Source of the DNA: an uncultured Candidatus Rokubacteria bacterium
GTDB lineage: Bacteria; Methylomirabilota; Methylomirabilia; Rokubacteriales; CSP1-6
Length of the DNA stretch: 64,000 nucleotides
Direction of reading: 5' to 3'
Assembly (NCBI GenBank): GCA_963762145.1
Contig: CAVXJS010000014.1
Span: 288,001 to 352,000, forward strand
Part shown: piece by piece, positions 1-10,196 of the stretch
Numbering within the stretch: position 1 is the stretch's first letter
How the letters are laid out: each line of letters opens with the position of its first letter
Notes under the pieces: model-generated
Told to the model about the DNA's origin: nothing
What the model saw: the letters and a program-made list of their open reading frames with translations, nothing else
The model's database searches: none
Translations under genes and position numbers: made by a program

Positions 1-226
1 GCCGACTGATGCGGAATGCGGGAAGCGCGTGATCCGGTGCTTGCCCAATCGGATCGGCCCGCGGAGGGCCGGAGGAGCCCGCTGACCAGGTTGAACAGCG
101 TCGTCTTGCCGGCGCCGTTGGGACCGATCAGCGCGACGATCTCGCCCTCGTCGACCGGAAGCTGACGCGCGTGAGGACGCGGAGGCCGCCGAAGCTCCGG
201 GCGACGTCGGTGCCTTCGAGGATGAT
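1..226 (-). CDS. Branched-chain amino acid ABC transporter ATP-binding protein (LivG-like), 5' part, frameshifted and running off the window edge
   Basis: Stitched minus-strand translation [48 protein letters not shown] contains Walker [10 protein letters not shown]; indels near 158 and 58; ends approximate. Confidence 0.75.
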
Positions 227-654
227 CCGCCCTGCGCCTGCAGCAGCAGCGAGCCGCCCACGATCATGGCGATCGCGAGCAGACGCATCCACATGAACGG
301 CTCCTGGAACAGCAGGAAGCCCACGAGCAGGACGAGCACGGTGGAGGTGCCGCCGATGTAGAAGGACGACGTCACCCTCAGGCCCCGCTCGTAGGCGAGC
401 AGGCCGAAGATGTCCACCCCGGCCGCGGCGACGCCCGCGAGGACCATGAGCCACAGCGCCTCGCGGGTGAAAACAACCTCGTGCCCGTGGGCGCGCGTGG
501 CCAGGAGGACGAGTGAGTTCATCACGAGGGCGCCGGTGGTGATGACCAGCGCGCCGAGGGCCGGGGTGATCTTGGTCGAGGCCAGCTTCAGGCAGAGCGT
601 CCAGGTGGCGGCCGACACGCCGGCGAGGATCGCGAAGAGGACGGCCCGGCTCAC
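225..654 (-). CDS. EamA/DMT-family small membrane transporter
   Basis: Manual translation from GTG 654: [39 protein letters not shown]...[23 protein letters not shown]; several hydrophobic helices; stop not seen (probable error near 224). Confidence 0.65.
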
Positions 655-753
655 GCGGTGCGGGCCGGCTCGATCGCGAGCGGCTGGAGACGGGCGATCA
701 GGAGCCGGGGACGCCCATGGGCGCTTCACCAGACCACACGGCGCGGCCGGCTG

Positions 754-1233
754 TCAATACGCGGCGGCCTCGTCGAGCCCGGCCGCCTTGTGATGGGCCC
801 GCCACATCAGGATCACCGCCAGGCCCCGCCAGATAATGTGGACGAGCAGCGCCCGGTGCAGGTTGTGGCCGATCGGGAAGCTGAGGAAGGCGAACAGGTT
901 GATGAGCAGCGCCAGCGCCTGGTAGATCGTGAGCACGATGACCGGCGCCAGGCCCGGCCGCAGGAAGCAGCCAGACGACGCCGATGAGCAGGATCGCGAT
1001 GTCCACCAGATCCACGGTCAGCGCCCCGATGACGATCAGGCCGACCGCGATCCACAGCAGGTGACCGGCCTGCACCGCGGCGGCGGCCACGTAGCCGGGT
1101 GAGCGACCGGGAATCGTTTCCGGGCCGCCCACCAGATCAGGCCGGTGAGGGCCAGGGGGATGAGGAGATGGGGGCCGGAGTACACGCCGACGGCGATCGC
1201 GACCACCGTCGCGACGATGGTGGAGGCCTTCAT
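754..1233 (-). CDS. Hypothetical multi-pass membrane protein (frameshifted)
   Basis: Pieces in three frames join: MKASTIVATVVAIAVG.../GYVAAAAVQAGHLLWIAVG.../LTIYQALALLINLFAFLSF... Confidence 0.55.
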
Positions 1234-1903
1234 CGGTTGCCCGCCGGCACGCGCTGCTCGTAGAGCGCGGAGGGCATTTCGTCGATCGCCGCCGCGGCCC
1301 GCCCCTTGAAGAAGGGCGATTGCTGCATGATCGCCCCAGTCGTGCAGGAAGCGCTCCCAGGCCTGCTCCCGCGTCTCGCCCGGCCGGGCCGCATGCATCG
1401 CCGGAGACGAGGCGGTCCCGGGGAAAGAGCGCGGGGCGCTCCGTGTAGTGATAGAGGTATCGGGTGCGTCGGTGTTGAAGACCACGACCGGAATCGACTG
1501 AAGGTCCGGCCGTCCTGCTCCCGGAGGAACATCGTTCATGAGATCGGCGTTGGGCGACTCCGCGGGATCCGCCTTTGGCTCGCGCCCAGGCCCGCTGGCC
1601 GTCGCGCGGGAAGATCCGCAGCTCGAGCGGAGCCGGCCTCCGCCAGCCGCCCGAGCATCGGGATGACCCGGCGGCAGTCCGAGGACCATTCCTCCGAGAT
1701 CACGAGGATCTTGGCCGGCCCCTCCGGCTGCGCGGCGAGCCACCGGATCGCGGCGACCTGATCGTCGTCGGAGCTGGAGGGTCTCGTACCATGTCCGCAA
1801 CGGGCCGGTCCAGTCCACTGCGCTCGGGCCCTCGCCACCAGCCGGCCTCGCGGACGAGGTTCTCCGGAGTGCCGATATAGGTCATGTACTCATCGAAGGT
1901 CAT
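1230..1903 (-). CDS. Thioredoxin-like protein (Thioredoxin_9-like), multiply frameshifted
   Basis: Fragments MTFDEYMTYIGTPEN..., KILVISEEWSSDCRRVIPML (SxxC variant of the CxxC site), QSIPVVVF. Confidence 0.65.
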
Positions 1904-1958
1904 GCCGGTCGCGAAGCGTGCCGGCGTGACAACACGGCTGCCGCGACCGCGGCCATGA

Positions 1959-2395
1959 CTAGAGGATCCCGGAGCGGTGCAGCCCGAGCAGCAGAAAGGC
2001 GACCGCGCTCACGACGCTGCGAACCGCGTGCAGCCGGCCCCAGCGGGCCAGGAGCGCCGCGGCCTCGGGCGCGTTGCGGTCGAGCCCGGCATCGAGCAGA
2101 CGCTTGTTGGTCGGCCGGATCACGATCAGAGTGAACGGGATCAGGGCCCCGAGCAGGAGGCCGGCGATGAGCACCGGGGGGGGGCTGCCCTGGGTCCAGG
2201 CGGCCACCGCCGCGAGGCAGCCCCCGACCGCGAGCGACGCCTGCATCACGGCGCCCCGCCGATAGCTCGGCCCGAACTCGGCGATGGCGAGAGCCGGTCC
2301 ACACTCGAGGCGCGCGGGGTGCTCGACCAGGTGACGTAGATGGCCGCCCCGGCGAAGAGCCCGGTGCAGAGCAGGGCGGCGAGCTCGAGGATCAC
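1959..2395 (-). CDS. DUF1772/anthrone oxygenase-like membrane protein (one frameshift near 2330)
   Basis: ILELAALLCTGLFAGAAIYV..LVEHPARLECG...PFTLIVIRPTNKRLL...RWGRLHAVRS. Confidence 0.7.
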
Positions 2396-2403
2396 GGTGT
2401 GAT

Positions 2404-3245
2404 CTAGTAGCGCAGGTCGGCGACGACCGCGTAGTGATCGGAGGGGACGACGCCGTCCACGGGCTCGACCCCCGCGATCGCGGAGCCGACAACGTGCCCG
2501 GCCCCGCCGCGGCGCGGCCGGCCCACCAGGATGTAGTCGATGCGCCGGTCCGGCAGGAGCGCCGGCGCGGTCCAGGGATTGCACCGCGCCCAGGTATGCC
2601 CGCTCCCGTCTCCGGCCATCTCCCAGGCGTCGAAGAGCGCGAATCCCGGCACCGCGGTGTCGGTGCGTCCGGTGAGCATGCGGAGCTCGTCCGAATCGGG
2701 GGGCGCGTTGAAGTCCCGCAGATGACGGTCGGGAAGGCCGGGCCCGCGACCTCGAGCGCGAACGAGACGAGGTGCCGGACCGAGGATTGCCGTACCGCGC
2801 TGGCATGCGGCGGCCAGTCGAGGGCTACCGAGAACGCGGGATAATGGCCCGCGCGGCCCCGCGATGCGTCCGAAGAGCGCGGCCCCGCCCCATCGGTCCG
2901 GGGCGGAAGCGGGGAACTCGCGATACTCGTGATGCTCGATCGGCCACCGAGACAGGAGGCCGGATCCGGTGCCCCAGTCTTCGGCAAGGAATGTTCCGCG
3001 CCCGTAAACTCCGTGGTATCCGAGGGCCTTGGCGAGCCGCGTCGCCTGATCCTGGCCTCCACGGTCGCACCAGGCCTCTTGCAGCGCGACGACGTCGGGA
3101 GCGAGAGCCTCGAGAGTCCCGATCAGCGCGGCTTCACAGTTCTTGCCATGGCCCGAAGCGGCCCCAGACGTTCCAGGTGAGCACGCGGAGCGTTGTGGTG
3201 ATCAACTCGCCGTATGGGCCGGTCTCCGGAGAGCTCGGGCTCATG
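2404..3245 (-). CDS. Endonuclease/exonuclease/phosphatase (EEP) family protein, frameshifted
   Basis: Motifs LRVLTWNVW, DVVALQE, GDFN, RIDYILV and SDHYAVVADL spread over several frames. Confidence 0.8.
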
Positions 3246-3753
3246 CCGGACGGGCTCGGTCGATCTTCCGCTGCAGGAACCAGCAGAACCAGCCCCGATA
3301 CTTGGCCTGCAGCTCCGGCTTCATCCAGTCCTTGCCGGTGATGGTCCCGCGGCAGCGGGCGCTCCCGCAGCGGCACACCATCTGGTAGTCGCCGTCGTCG
3401 GTGGTCGCCCAGTCGATGGTGAGCTCCTCGTCGGGCGCGACGTCCCGCATCGCGACCAGCACGATCTGGCCCTGGATCGCCAGGTTGGGGTCGCAGGAGT
3501 GGTTGGTGTAGAGCATGCTGCCGTCGCGCTCAGCCGGCGTGGCCGGCGCGATGAACAGGTCCTCGGCAATCTGGATGTCGGCCGGGCCGAGCGTCGGCTC
3601 GAGCGCCGCCCACTGGGGCGCGGTCAGGACGTGGCCGCCCTTGACCGCGACGATCTCGCCCTTGGCGATGGCGGCCTTTGCGAACAGGCCCTTGCCCTGG
3701 ATCGGGCTCGGGCGCACGTCCGTCTTCGGGGAGCGATAGGTGAGAGCGGTCAT
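3241..3753 (-). CDS. SET domain-containing protein-lysine methyltransferase with post-SET Zn motif
   Basis: GKGLFA, YTNHSCDPN, EELTIDW and CRCGSARCRG. Confidence 0.9.
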   Translation of the reverse strand: MTALTYRSPKTDVRPSPIQGKGLFAKAAIAKGEIVAVKGGHVLTAPQWAALEPTLGPADIQIAEDLFIAPATPAERDGSMLYTNHSCDPNLAIQGQIVLVAMRDVAPDEELTIDWATTDDGDYQMVCRCGSARCRGTITGKDWMKPELQAKYRGWFCWFLQRKIDRARPA

Positions 3754-3780
3754 GCGTTGGCCGCCATGGTTGCTGCCGCG

Positions 3781-3816
3781 CCCCCTCACCCTGCCCTCTC
3801 CCCGGAGGGGAGAGGG
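3781..3816. repeat. BoxC-like palindromic repeat
   Basis: CCCCCTCACCCTGCCCTCTCCCC-GGA-GGGGAGAGGG. Confidence 0.8.
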
Positions 3817-3838
3817 TGGAGGGAAGGGAGGGCGCCGG

Positions 3839-5476
3839 CTACTTGAACATCGAGAAGTTGATCTCTTTCTCGGTGATGAACTCGAGGAGGACCGGGACGC
3901 CGTCCTTGGTCTTGGCGATGCCGCGCTTGAGGGCGGGAATGATCTCGCCCGGCTCGGTGATGCGCTCGCCGTAGCCGCCGAAGGCCTTCGCCATGTCCGC
4001 GTAGTGGCCGCTGATGTCGGTGGAGCGGTACTTCTCGGTGGCCGTCTTCATGATCGGCAGCTCGATCGCCATCGAGAAGTTGTTGAGCAGGATCGACAGG
4101 ATCGGGATGCGCTCGCGCACCGCGGTCTCGAAGTCCATGCCGGTGAAGCCGATGGCCGCGTCGCCCCACACGTTGATGCAAAGCGACTCCGGCTTGGCGA
4201 GCTTGGCCCCCATGGCGAGGCCCAGACCGTAGCCGAGCTGGGTGGTCTTGCCCCAGCCGATGTAGGTGAGCGGGTGCGTGCTCTCCCAGAAGGGCGAGAG
4301 CTGATCGCGCGGGCTGCCCGCGTCGTGGGTGATGATGGTGTTGGCCACGTCCACCGTGTGCAGCAGATCCCAGATCACGCGGTAGGGCGAGAGCGGCTTG
4401 TCGTTGGCGGTCAGCTTGGGCATCCACTGCGCGAGCCACTCGCTCTTCATGGTGGCGATCTGCTTGGTGACCTCGGCCTTGCGGCCGCGCGCCTTGCCCT
4501 TCAGGCGGTCGCGCACCTCGGCGAGCAGCGCCTCCAGCACGAGGCCCGCGTCGCCGATCAGCGCGTGCTCGGCCACGATGTCCTTGTTGAGGTCGGCCGC
4601 GTCGAGGGTGGCGTGGATGATGGTCTTGCCCTTCGGCATCGTGACGCCGTAGTTCGTGGTCGCGAAGCTGCAGCCGATGCCGAAGATCACGTCGGCGTTC
4701 TTGAGGAACTCGTGGACCGTCTTGGGGATCGAGCGGCCGCCCGAGCCGAGCGACAGCGGGTGGTTCTCCGGGAACGCGCTCTTGCCCTCGAGGCTCGTGG
4801 TGACCGGCGCCTCGAGCAGCTCGGCCAGCTCGCGGAGCTGCTGCCACGCGCGCGCGTAGTGCACGCCCTGGCCCGCGTAGATCACCGGCCGCTCCGCCTC
4901 CACCAGGATGCGCGCGGCCTCGGTGACCGCGTCCGGATCGGGAGCGACCCGCGTGCGCGGAGTCATCTTGTAGTTGAGCGGCTCGGGCACTTCCTCCTGG
5001 TAGACGTCGACGGGAATCTCCACCAGCACCGGCCGCGGACGGCCGTTCTTCACCTGGGTGAAGGCCCGGCGCATCGCGTCGGGCACCGCGTCGCCCATGA
5101 TGACCTGCTCGCACCACTTGGTCACGTTGCGGTAGTTGATGAACGAGTTGAAGTTGGGCGGGATGTTGGTGAGGCGGCGCGGGTAGCCGCCGGGCAGCAC
5201 CACGATCGGCACCGAGTCGCCGTAGGCCTGGGCCACGCCGCCGAAGGCGTTCTCCGAGCCGGGCCCGTGCTGCATCGTGAACACGCCGATCTTCTGGCCG
5301 GAGGTGATGCGGCTCACCGCGTCCGCCATGTGCAGCCCCGTGCGCTCCTGGCGCACGATGATGGTGCGGATATCGGCCTGGGCGGCCGCCTCGATGATCG
5401 GGTTCACCGGATAGCCGATCAGAAAAGTGGTACCTTCGCGCTTCAGGATCTCGGCAACTGCGGCGACCGCCTTCAT
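3839..5476 (-). CDS. Thiamine pyrophosphate-requiring enzyme (acetolactate synthase large subunit-like)
   Basis: RQERTGLHMADA, GPGSEN, TPP motif GDAAIGFTG...NN; start MKAVAAVAE. Confidence 0.9.
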   Translation of the reverse strand: MKAVAAVAEILKREGTTFLIGYPVNPIIEAAAQADIRTIIVRQERTGLHMADAVSRITSGQKIGVFTMQHGPGSENAFGGVAQAYGDSVPIVVLPGGYPRRLTNIPPNFNSFINYRNVTKWCEQVIMGDAVPDAMRRAFTQVKNGRPRPVLVEIPVDVYQEEVPEPLNYKMTPRTRVAPDPDAVTEAARILVEAERPVIYAGQGVHYARAWQQLRELAELLEAPVTTSLEGKSAFPENHPLSLGSGGRSIPKTVHEFLKNADVIFGIGCSFATTNYGVTMPKGKTIIHATLDAADLNKDIVAEHALIGDAGLVLEALLAEVRDRLKGKARGRKAEVTKQIATMKSEWLAQWMPKLTANDKPLSPYRVIWDLLHTVDVANTIITHDAGSPRDQLSPFWESTHPLTYIGWGKTTQLGYGLGLAMGAKLAKPESLCINVWGDAAIGFTGMDFETAVRERIPILSILLNNFSMAIELPIMKTATEKYRSTDISGHYADMAKAFGGYGERITEPGEIIPALKRGIAKTKDGVPVLLEFITEKEINFSMFK

Positions 5477-5568
5477 TGAGGCCTCCTCTGGGGTGCTGCT
5501 AGGATGGGGCCGACTGTAACCCAATCCGCGGGGGAAGGGAAATCCGCGGCACGAAAGGACGGCGAGGC

Positions 5569-6660
5569 ATGGCTCGGAAGAAGCACCGCGTGGGCATCGT
5601 CGGGCTCGGCTTCGGCCGCGCCCACATTCCGGCGTTTCAGGCCAACGGCTGCGAGGTGGTGGCGGTCTGCCAGCGCAATCAGGAAACCGCCCGCTCGATC
5701 GCCGAGCGCTACAACGTTCCCGGCGTCTTCGAGCGGTGGGAGCAGATGCTCGAGGAGACCAAGCCGGACATCGTGGTGATCGCCTCGCCGCCCAACCTGC
5801 ACCGCGAGATCGCGCTGCGCGCGTTCGAGCAGGGCGCGCACGTCCTCTGCGAGAAGCCACTCGCCATGACCGCGGCCGAGGGTCGCGACATGGCCGAGGC
5901 GGCCCGCCGGGCGCAGCGCGTGGCCATGACCTCGTTCAACTGGCGCTTCATCCCGGCCATGCAGCGCTTCCACTCGCTGGTGGAGGAGGGCGGCGTGGGT
6001 CGGCTCTTCCACGCGGCGGGTCGCTGGCTCGGGGCGCGCTGGGCCGACGAGGCGGCGCCGTCGACCTGGCGGATGGACCGCGCCCAGGCCGGCCACGGCG
6101 CCATGGGCGACATGGGCGTGCACGTGATCGACCTCATACGCTGGCACTTCGGCGAGTTCGCACGGGTGACCGCGCAGGCCGGCGTGGCCTATCCGACCCG
6201 CAACGCTCCCGGCGGCAAGCCGACCGACGCGGAGGACTTCTGCAGCGTGATGGGCGAGCTGGTTTCCGGCGGGCAGGTGACGTTCTCGGTGAGCCGCGCC
6301 GCCCGCGGGGCGAACGAGTCGTTCCTGGAGGCCTACGGCAGTCAGGGCTCGCTTGTTTACCGGCTCGACCGCGAGAAGCCCAAGTGGTACGTGGGCGAGC
6401 TGCGCGCGGCCGGGGCGAGCGGCACGCTGCAGCCGGTTCCGATCACCGCAGGGCTGCCACGCTCGGCTGGCGAAGGCGACCAGATGGAGGTCACCGGGAA
6501 AGCCACGATAGCGCCGCTGGTGAAGCGCTTCCTCGAGGGCATCAAGAAGGGCGAGAGCCCATCGCCCACGCTCGAGGACGGCGTCGCGGCCCAGCTCGTT
6601 CTGGACGCGGTGCTGCGCTCGCTCAATGATGGCGGCTGGCAGCGGGTCGAGGCCGCGTGA
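5569..6660 (+). CDS. Gfo/Idh/MocA family oxidoreductase
   Basis: VGIVGLGFG, HVLCEKP, GAMGDMGVHVID. Confidence 0.92.
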   Translation: MARKKHRVGIVGLGFGRAHIPAFQANGCEVVAVCQRNQETARSIAERYNVPGVFERWEQMLEETKPDIVVIASPPNLHREIALRAFEQGAHVLCEKPLAMTAAEGRDMAEAARRAQRVAMTSFNWRFIPAMQRFHSLVEEGGVGRLFHAAGRWLGARWADEAAPSTWRMDRAQAGHGAMGDMGVHVIDLIRWHFGEFARVTAQAGVAYPTRNAPGGKPTDAEDFCSVMGELVSGGQVTFSVSRAARGANESFLEAYGSQGSLVYRLDREKPKWYVGELRAAGASGTLQPVPITAGLPRSAGEGDQMEVTGKATIAPLVKRFLEGIKKGESPSPTLEDGVAAQLVLDAVLRSLNDGGWQRVEAA

Positions 6661-6664
6661 CGTC

Positions 6665-7186
6665 ATGACGAAGCCGGCACGCGCCGGCCTCCACGTGGGC
6701 GTGATCGGCGAGGGCGTCTGCTCGCGCCGGGTGGCCGCGCTGGCCGAGCGGGTGGGCCGCGCCATCGCGGAAGCGGGCGCGGTGCTGCTGTGCGGAGGCC
6801 TCGGCGGCGTGATGGAGGCGGCCTCGCGCGGCGCGGCCCGGGCCGGGGGCACCGTGGTGGGGCTCTTGCCCGGATTCGAGGCGCGCGACGCCAATCGCTG
6901 GGTCTCCATTCCGGTCGTCACCGGCATGGATCAGGCGCGCAACGTGATCCTGGTGCGCTCGAGCGACGCGGTCATCGCGGTCGGCGGCCGGTACGGCACG
7001 CTCTCCGAGATCGCGCTCGCCCTCAAGCTCGGCCGGCCGGTGGTGGGCCTCGGCACGTGGCGCCTCGCGCAGCCGGAAGGCCGACGGGTGCCGCTTCTCA
7101 CCGCGCGCACGCCGGAGGACGCGGTGGCTCGCGCGCTGCGCGCGGCGCGGCGGGCCGGCCGCGGCTCGCGGGGCTGGCTCGTGTAG
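6665..7186 (+). CDS. TIGR00725/LOG-family protein
   Basis: CGGLGGVMEAASRGA, ARNVILVRSSD, GGRYGTLSEIALA. Confidence 0.88.
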   Translation: MTKPARAGLHVGVIGEGVCSRRVAALAERVGRAIAEAGAVLLCGGLGGVMEAASRGAARAGGTVVGLLPGFEARDANRWVSIPVVTGMDQARNVILVRSSDAVIAVGGRYGTLSEIALALKLGRPVVGLGTWRLAQPEGRRVPLLTARTPEDAVARALRAARRAGRGSRGWLV

Positions 7187-7253
7187 TCGACGTCGTCGTG
7201 TCGTGACCCGCGCGTCGTTGACCCTTCGCGCGGGCGCGTGCTAGCCTCCCGGC

Positions 7254-8285
7254 GTGGTTCGCGTCGGCGTCTCGGCCGTCTCCAAGCGCTACGGTGTAGT
7301 CGAGGCGCTCCGGTCCGTCTCGCTCGACTTCGAGCCCGGCCGTCTGACCGCGATCCTCGGCCCATCCGGCTGCGGCAAGACCACCCTCCTCCGCTCGATC
7401 GCGGGCTTCGTGTCGGTGGACACGGGGGCGATCCGCTTCGACGGCGCCGACGTGACCGCAGTGCCGCCGCAGCAGCGCGGGACCGCGATGGTCTTCCAGA
7501 GCTACGCGCTCTGGCCGCACATGACCGTGTTCGACAATGTCGCGTACGGCCTGCGGCTCAAGCGGGTACCCGGCGCCGAGATCACCCGCCGGGTGCGCGA
7601 CGCGCTCGCGCTCGTGGAGATCGGCGACGTGGAGACGACCGCGCGCCGCAAGCCGGCCGCGCTGTCGGGCGGCCAGCAGCAGCGCGTGGCGCTCGCGCGG
7701 GCCATCGTGGTGGAGCCCCGCGTGCTCCTGCTGGACGAGCCGCTCTCGAATCTCGACGCCAAGATCCGGCAGCGCCTGCGGGTGGAGGTGCGTCGTCTGC
7801 AGCGGCGCGTGGGCATCACCACCATCTACGTCACCCACGATCAGGAGGAAGCCCTCGCCATCGCGGATCACGTGGTGCTGATGAACCGCGGCGTGGTCGC
7901 GCAGGCGGGGACGCCGGAGCAGGTCTATCTCGAGCCCGCGTCCGAGTTCGTCGCCGACTTCCTGGGCGTGGGCAATCGCCTGGAGGGGCGCGCCGAGCCG
8001 GGTGCGCTGCATCTCGAAGGCCAGCGTCTGCCCTACGGCGGCCCCGCGCGCGGGCCCGTGCTCGTGATCCTGCGCTCGTCCGATCTCGGCCTCGCCGGCG
8101 CGACGGGTGGGGCGCCCGCGCTCGCGGGCACGCTGGAGGAAAGCCTGTTCCTCGGCGCGTACTACCGGCACTACGTGCGGGTGGGCGCGGCCGTGCTCAT
8201 GGTGGACGGGCCCGCTCCGGCGCCGCCCGGCCCCGTCACCATCACCGTCCCGTCGGATCGCGTGCGCGTGTATCCGGCGGCCTGA
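7254..8285 (+). CDS. ABC transporter ATP-binding protein (PotA/FbpC-like)
   Basis: [31 protein letters not shown]-like C-terminus. Confidence 0.93.
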   Translation: MVRVGVSAVSKRYGVVEALRSVSLDFEPGRLTAILGPSGCGKTTLLRSIAGFVSVDTGAIRFDGADVTAVPPQQRGTAMVFQSYALWPHMTVFDNVAYGLRLKRVPGAEITRRVRDALALVEIGDVETTARRKPAALSGGQQQRVALARAIVVEPRVLLLDEPLSNLDAKIRQRLRVEVRRLQRRVGITTIYVTHDQEEALAIADHVVLMNRGVVAQAGTPEQVYLEPASEFVADFLGVGNRLEGRAEPGALHLEGQRLPYGGPARGPVLVILRSSDLGLAGATGGAPALAGTLEESLFLGAYYRHYVRVGAAVLMVDGPAPAPPGPVTITVPSDRVRVYPAA

Positions 8286-8301
8286 CCAGAGGAGTCCAAC
8301 G

Positions 8302-9432
8302 ATGCTGCTGCGAAGCGTGCTCGCCGTCCTGCTGGCCCTCGCGGTCCCCGCGTCCGCGGCGACCCGGCTCAACGTCGCCATCGGGGCCGACGTCAACGTG
8401 GTCGAGGTGCACAAGACCCTCCTCGGGCCCGGCTTCCGGGCCACCGTCCCGGACGTGGAGATCAACGTGGTGGGCACCGGCACCGGCGAGCCGGCCAGCC
8501 GCGCGATCTACACGAAGATCAAGGCGCAGGCCGACACCGGCCGCAAGCCGTGGGACCTCGACGTGGCGCTGGTGAGCATGGCGGTGGCCTCGCAGATGGC
8601 GAAGGAGGGCCTGCTCCACCGGTTCGTGCCCCAGATGAAGAACGCGGCGCTCGTGAAGGGCGCGGAGGTGAAGGAGGCCTTCGGCGTCTCGGTGGACGGG
8701 TACGTGGTGCCGATGTTCCACAACCAGATCGCCGTCGCCTACGTGCCGTCCAAGGTGGCCAATCCGCCGAAGTCGTTCGACGAGCTGGCCGCGTGGGTGA
8801 AGGCCAATCCGGGTCGCTTCGGCTACAACGGGATCAAGGGCGGGGTGAGCGGCGTCGGCTTCACCATGGGCTGGGTCTACTGGAAGACCGGGCTCTACAA
8901 GGAGCTCACCCAGGGCCCGTTCGACAGAGGCAAGGAGGCGGCGATCCGCGAGGCGATCACCGCGCTGCGCGACTTCAACAAGCAGGCGACCATCACCAAC
9001 GGCAACGCGGGCACGCTGGACGCGCTCAACCGCGGTGAGATCTGGATGGGCGCGGTGTGGATCGACCAGCTCGTGGCCTGGAAGAACGAGGGTCGCATGG
9101 ACCCGGCGGTGACGCCGGTGCTGCCCGCGCCGGGGCTGCCGATCTACCCGCTCTACCTGGTGGTGCCGCGCGAGGCGGCGAGCCGGGACATGGCGGTGCG
9201 CTACATCGACTACATCGCGACCCCCGAGGTGCAGGCGAAGGCGATCGTCGAGAAGTTCGGCTGGTACCCGGGGGTGGACGCGGAGAAGGTGCTGCCGCTC
9301 ATCAACGCCAAGAGCCGCGAGCTGCTCTTCGCGGGCGTGAGCGCGCAGGATCTCGCCCGCTACTCGCGCCAGATGCCGATCAAGGAGTACCACGACCTGA
9401 TCAGCCTGGCGTACGAGGAGATCGTCCGCTGA
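8302..9432 (+). CDS. ABC transporter extracellular solute-binding protein
   Basis: Signal peptide MLLRSVLAVLLALAVPASA; PKSFDELAAWVKANPGRFGY; GGAG RBS. Confidence 0.88.
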   Translation: MLLRSVLAVLLALAVPASAATRLNVAIGADVNVVEVHKTLLGPGFRATVPDVEINVVGTGTGEPASRAIYTKIKAQADTGRKPWDLDVALVSMAVASQMAKEGLLHRFVPQMKNAALVKGAEVKEAFGVSVDGYVVPMFHNQIAVAYVPSKVANPPKSFDELAAWVKANPGRFGYNGIKGGVSGVGFTMGWVYWKTGLYKELTQGPFDRGKEAAIREAITALRDFNKQATITNGNAGTLDALNRGEIWMGAVWIDQLVAWKNEGRMDPAVTPVLPAPGLPIYPLYLVVPREAASRDMAVRYIDYIATPEVQAKAIVEKFGWYPGVDAEKVLPLINAKSRELLFAGVSAQDLARYSRQMPIKEYHDLISLAYEEIVR

Positions 9433-10190
9433 CCCTGGCCGAGCGGGTGCTGTGGGGGGCGCTCTGCGCCCCCGCGCTCGCGGTGCTCGCGGCCGTGTTC
9501 CTCTGGCCGCTCGGGGCCTCGGTGGTGGCGAGCTTCACGCGCGAGGGGCAGTGGACGCTGGCCAACTACGGGACGGTCGCCAGCCTCTACGCGCGCGACG
9601 TGGGCTACACGATCGGGGTCGCCGCGGCGGGGACCGCGCTCACCTTTGCCCTCGCGATCCCGGTGTGCGGATGGCTTCGCCTCCGCGCCTTCGGCCCGGT
9701 GGAGTTTCTGCTCAAGGTCCCGCTCTTCGTGCCCTTCGTGGTGGTCGGCCACGCGCTGCGCGTGTTCTGGAGCCCGTACGTGCCGTCGTTCTCGTCGTCG
9801 TGGGCGGGGATCGCCACCGCGCTCGCCTGGAAGCACCTCGGCCTGGCCGCGCTCCTGCTGCTGGGCGCCTTCCGCGGCACCGACGATTCGTACCTGGAGG
9901 CGGCGCGCCAGCTCGGCGCGTCCACCGGCCGGCTCACCCGCGACATCCTGGTGCCGATGGCCGCGCCGGCCCTCGCGGTGACCGGCATCCTGATCTTCTC
10001 CTCGATGCTGGCCTCGTTCTCGATCCCACTCATGATGGGCCGCGGCGGCGGCCCGCAGATGCTGATGATCGACGTGTACTACCGTTATGGCCAGCACGGG
10101 GATTTCGCCACCGCCTCCGCGCTGGGCGTGGTGGCCTACCTCCTGGCGATGGGCGCCGCGCTCGTGTACGTGCGCCGGCTCACCCGGTAG
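9429..10190 (+). CDS. ABC transporter permease
   Basis: Multi-TM protein with EAA motif YLEAARQLGAS; start uncertain (CTG 9429 overlapping the upstream stop, or GTG 9447). Confidence 0.85.
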   Translation: MTLAERVLWGALCAPALAVLAAVFLWPLGASVVASFTREGQWTLANYGTVASLYARDVGYTIGVAAAGTALTFALAIPVCGWLRLRAFGPVEFLLKVPLFVPFVVVGHALRVFWSPYVPSFSSSWAGIATALAWKHLGLAALLLLGAFRGTDDSYLEAARQLGASTGRLTRDILVPMAAPALAVTGILIFSSMLASFSIPLMMGRGGGPQMLMIDVYYRYGQHGDFATASALGVVAYLLAMGAALVYVRRLTR

Positions 10191-10196
10191 ACCGTC

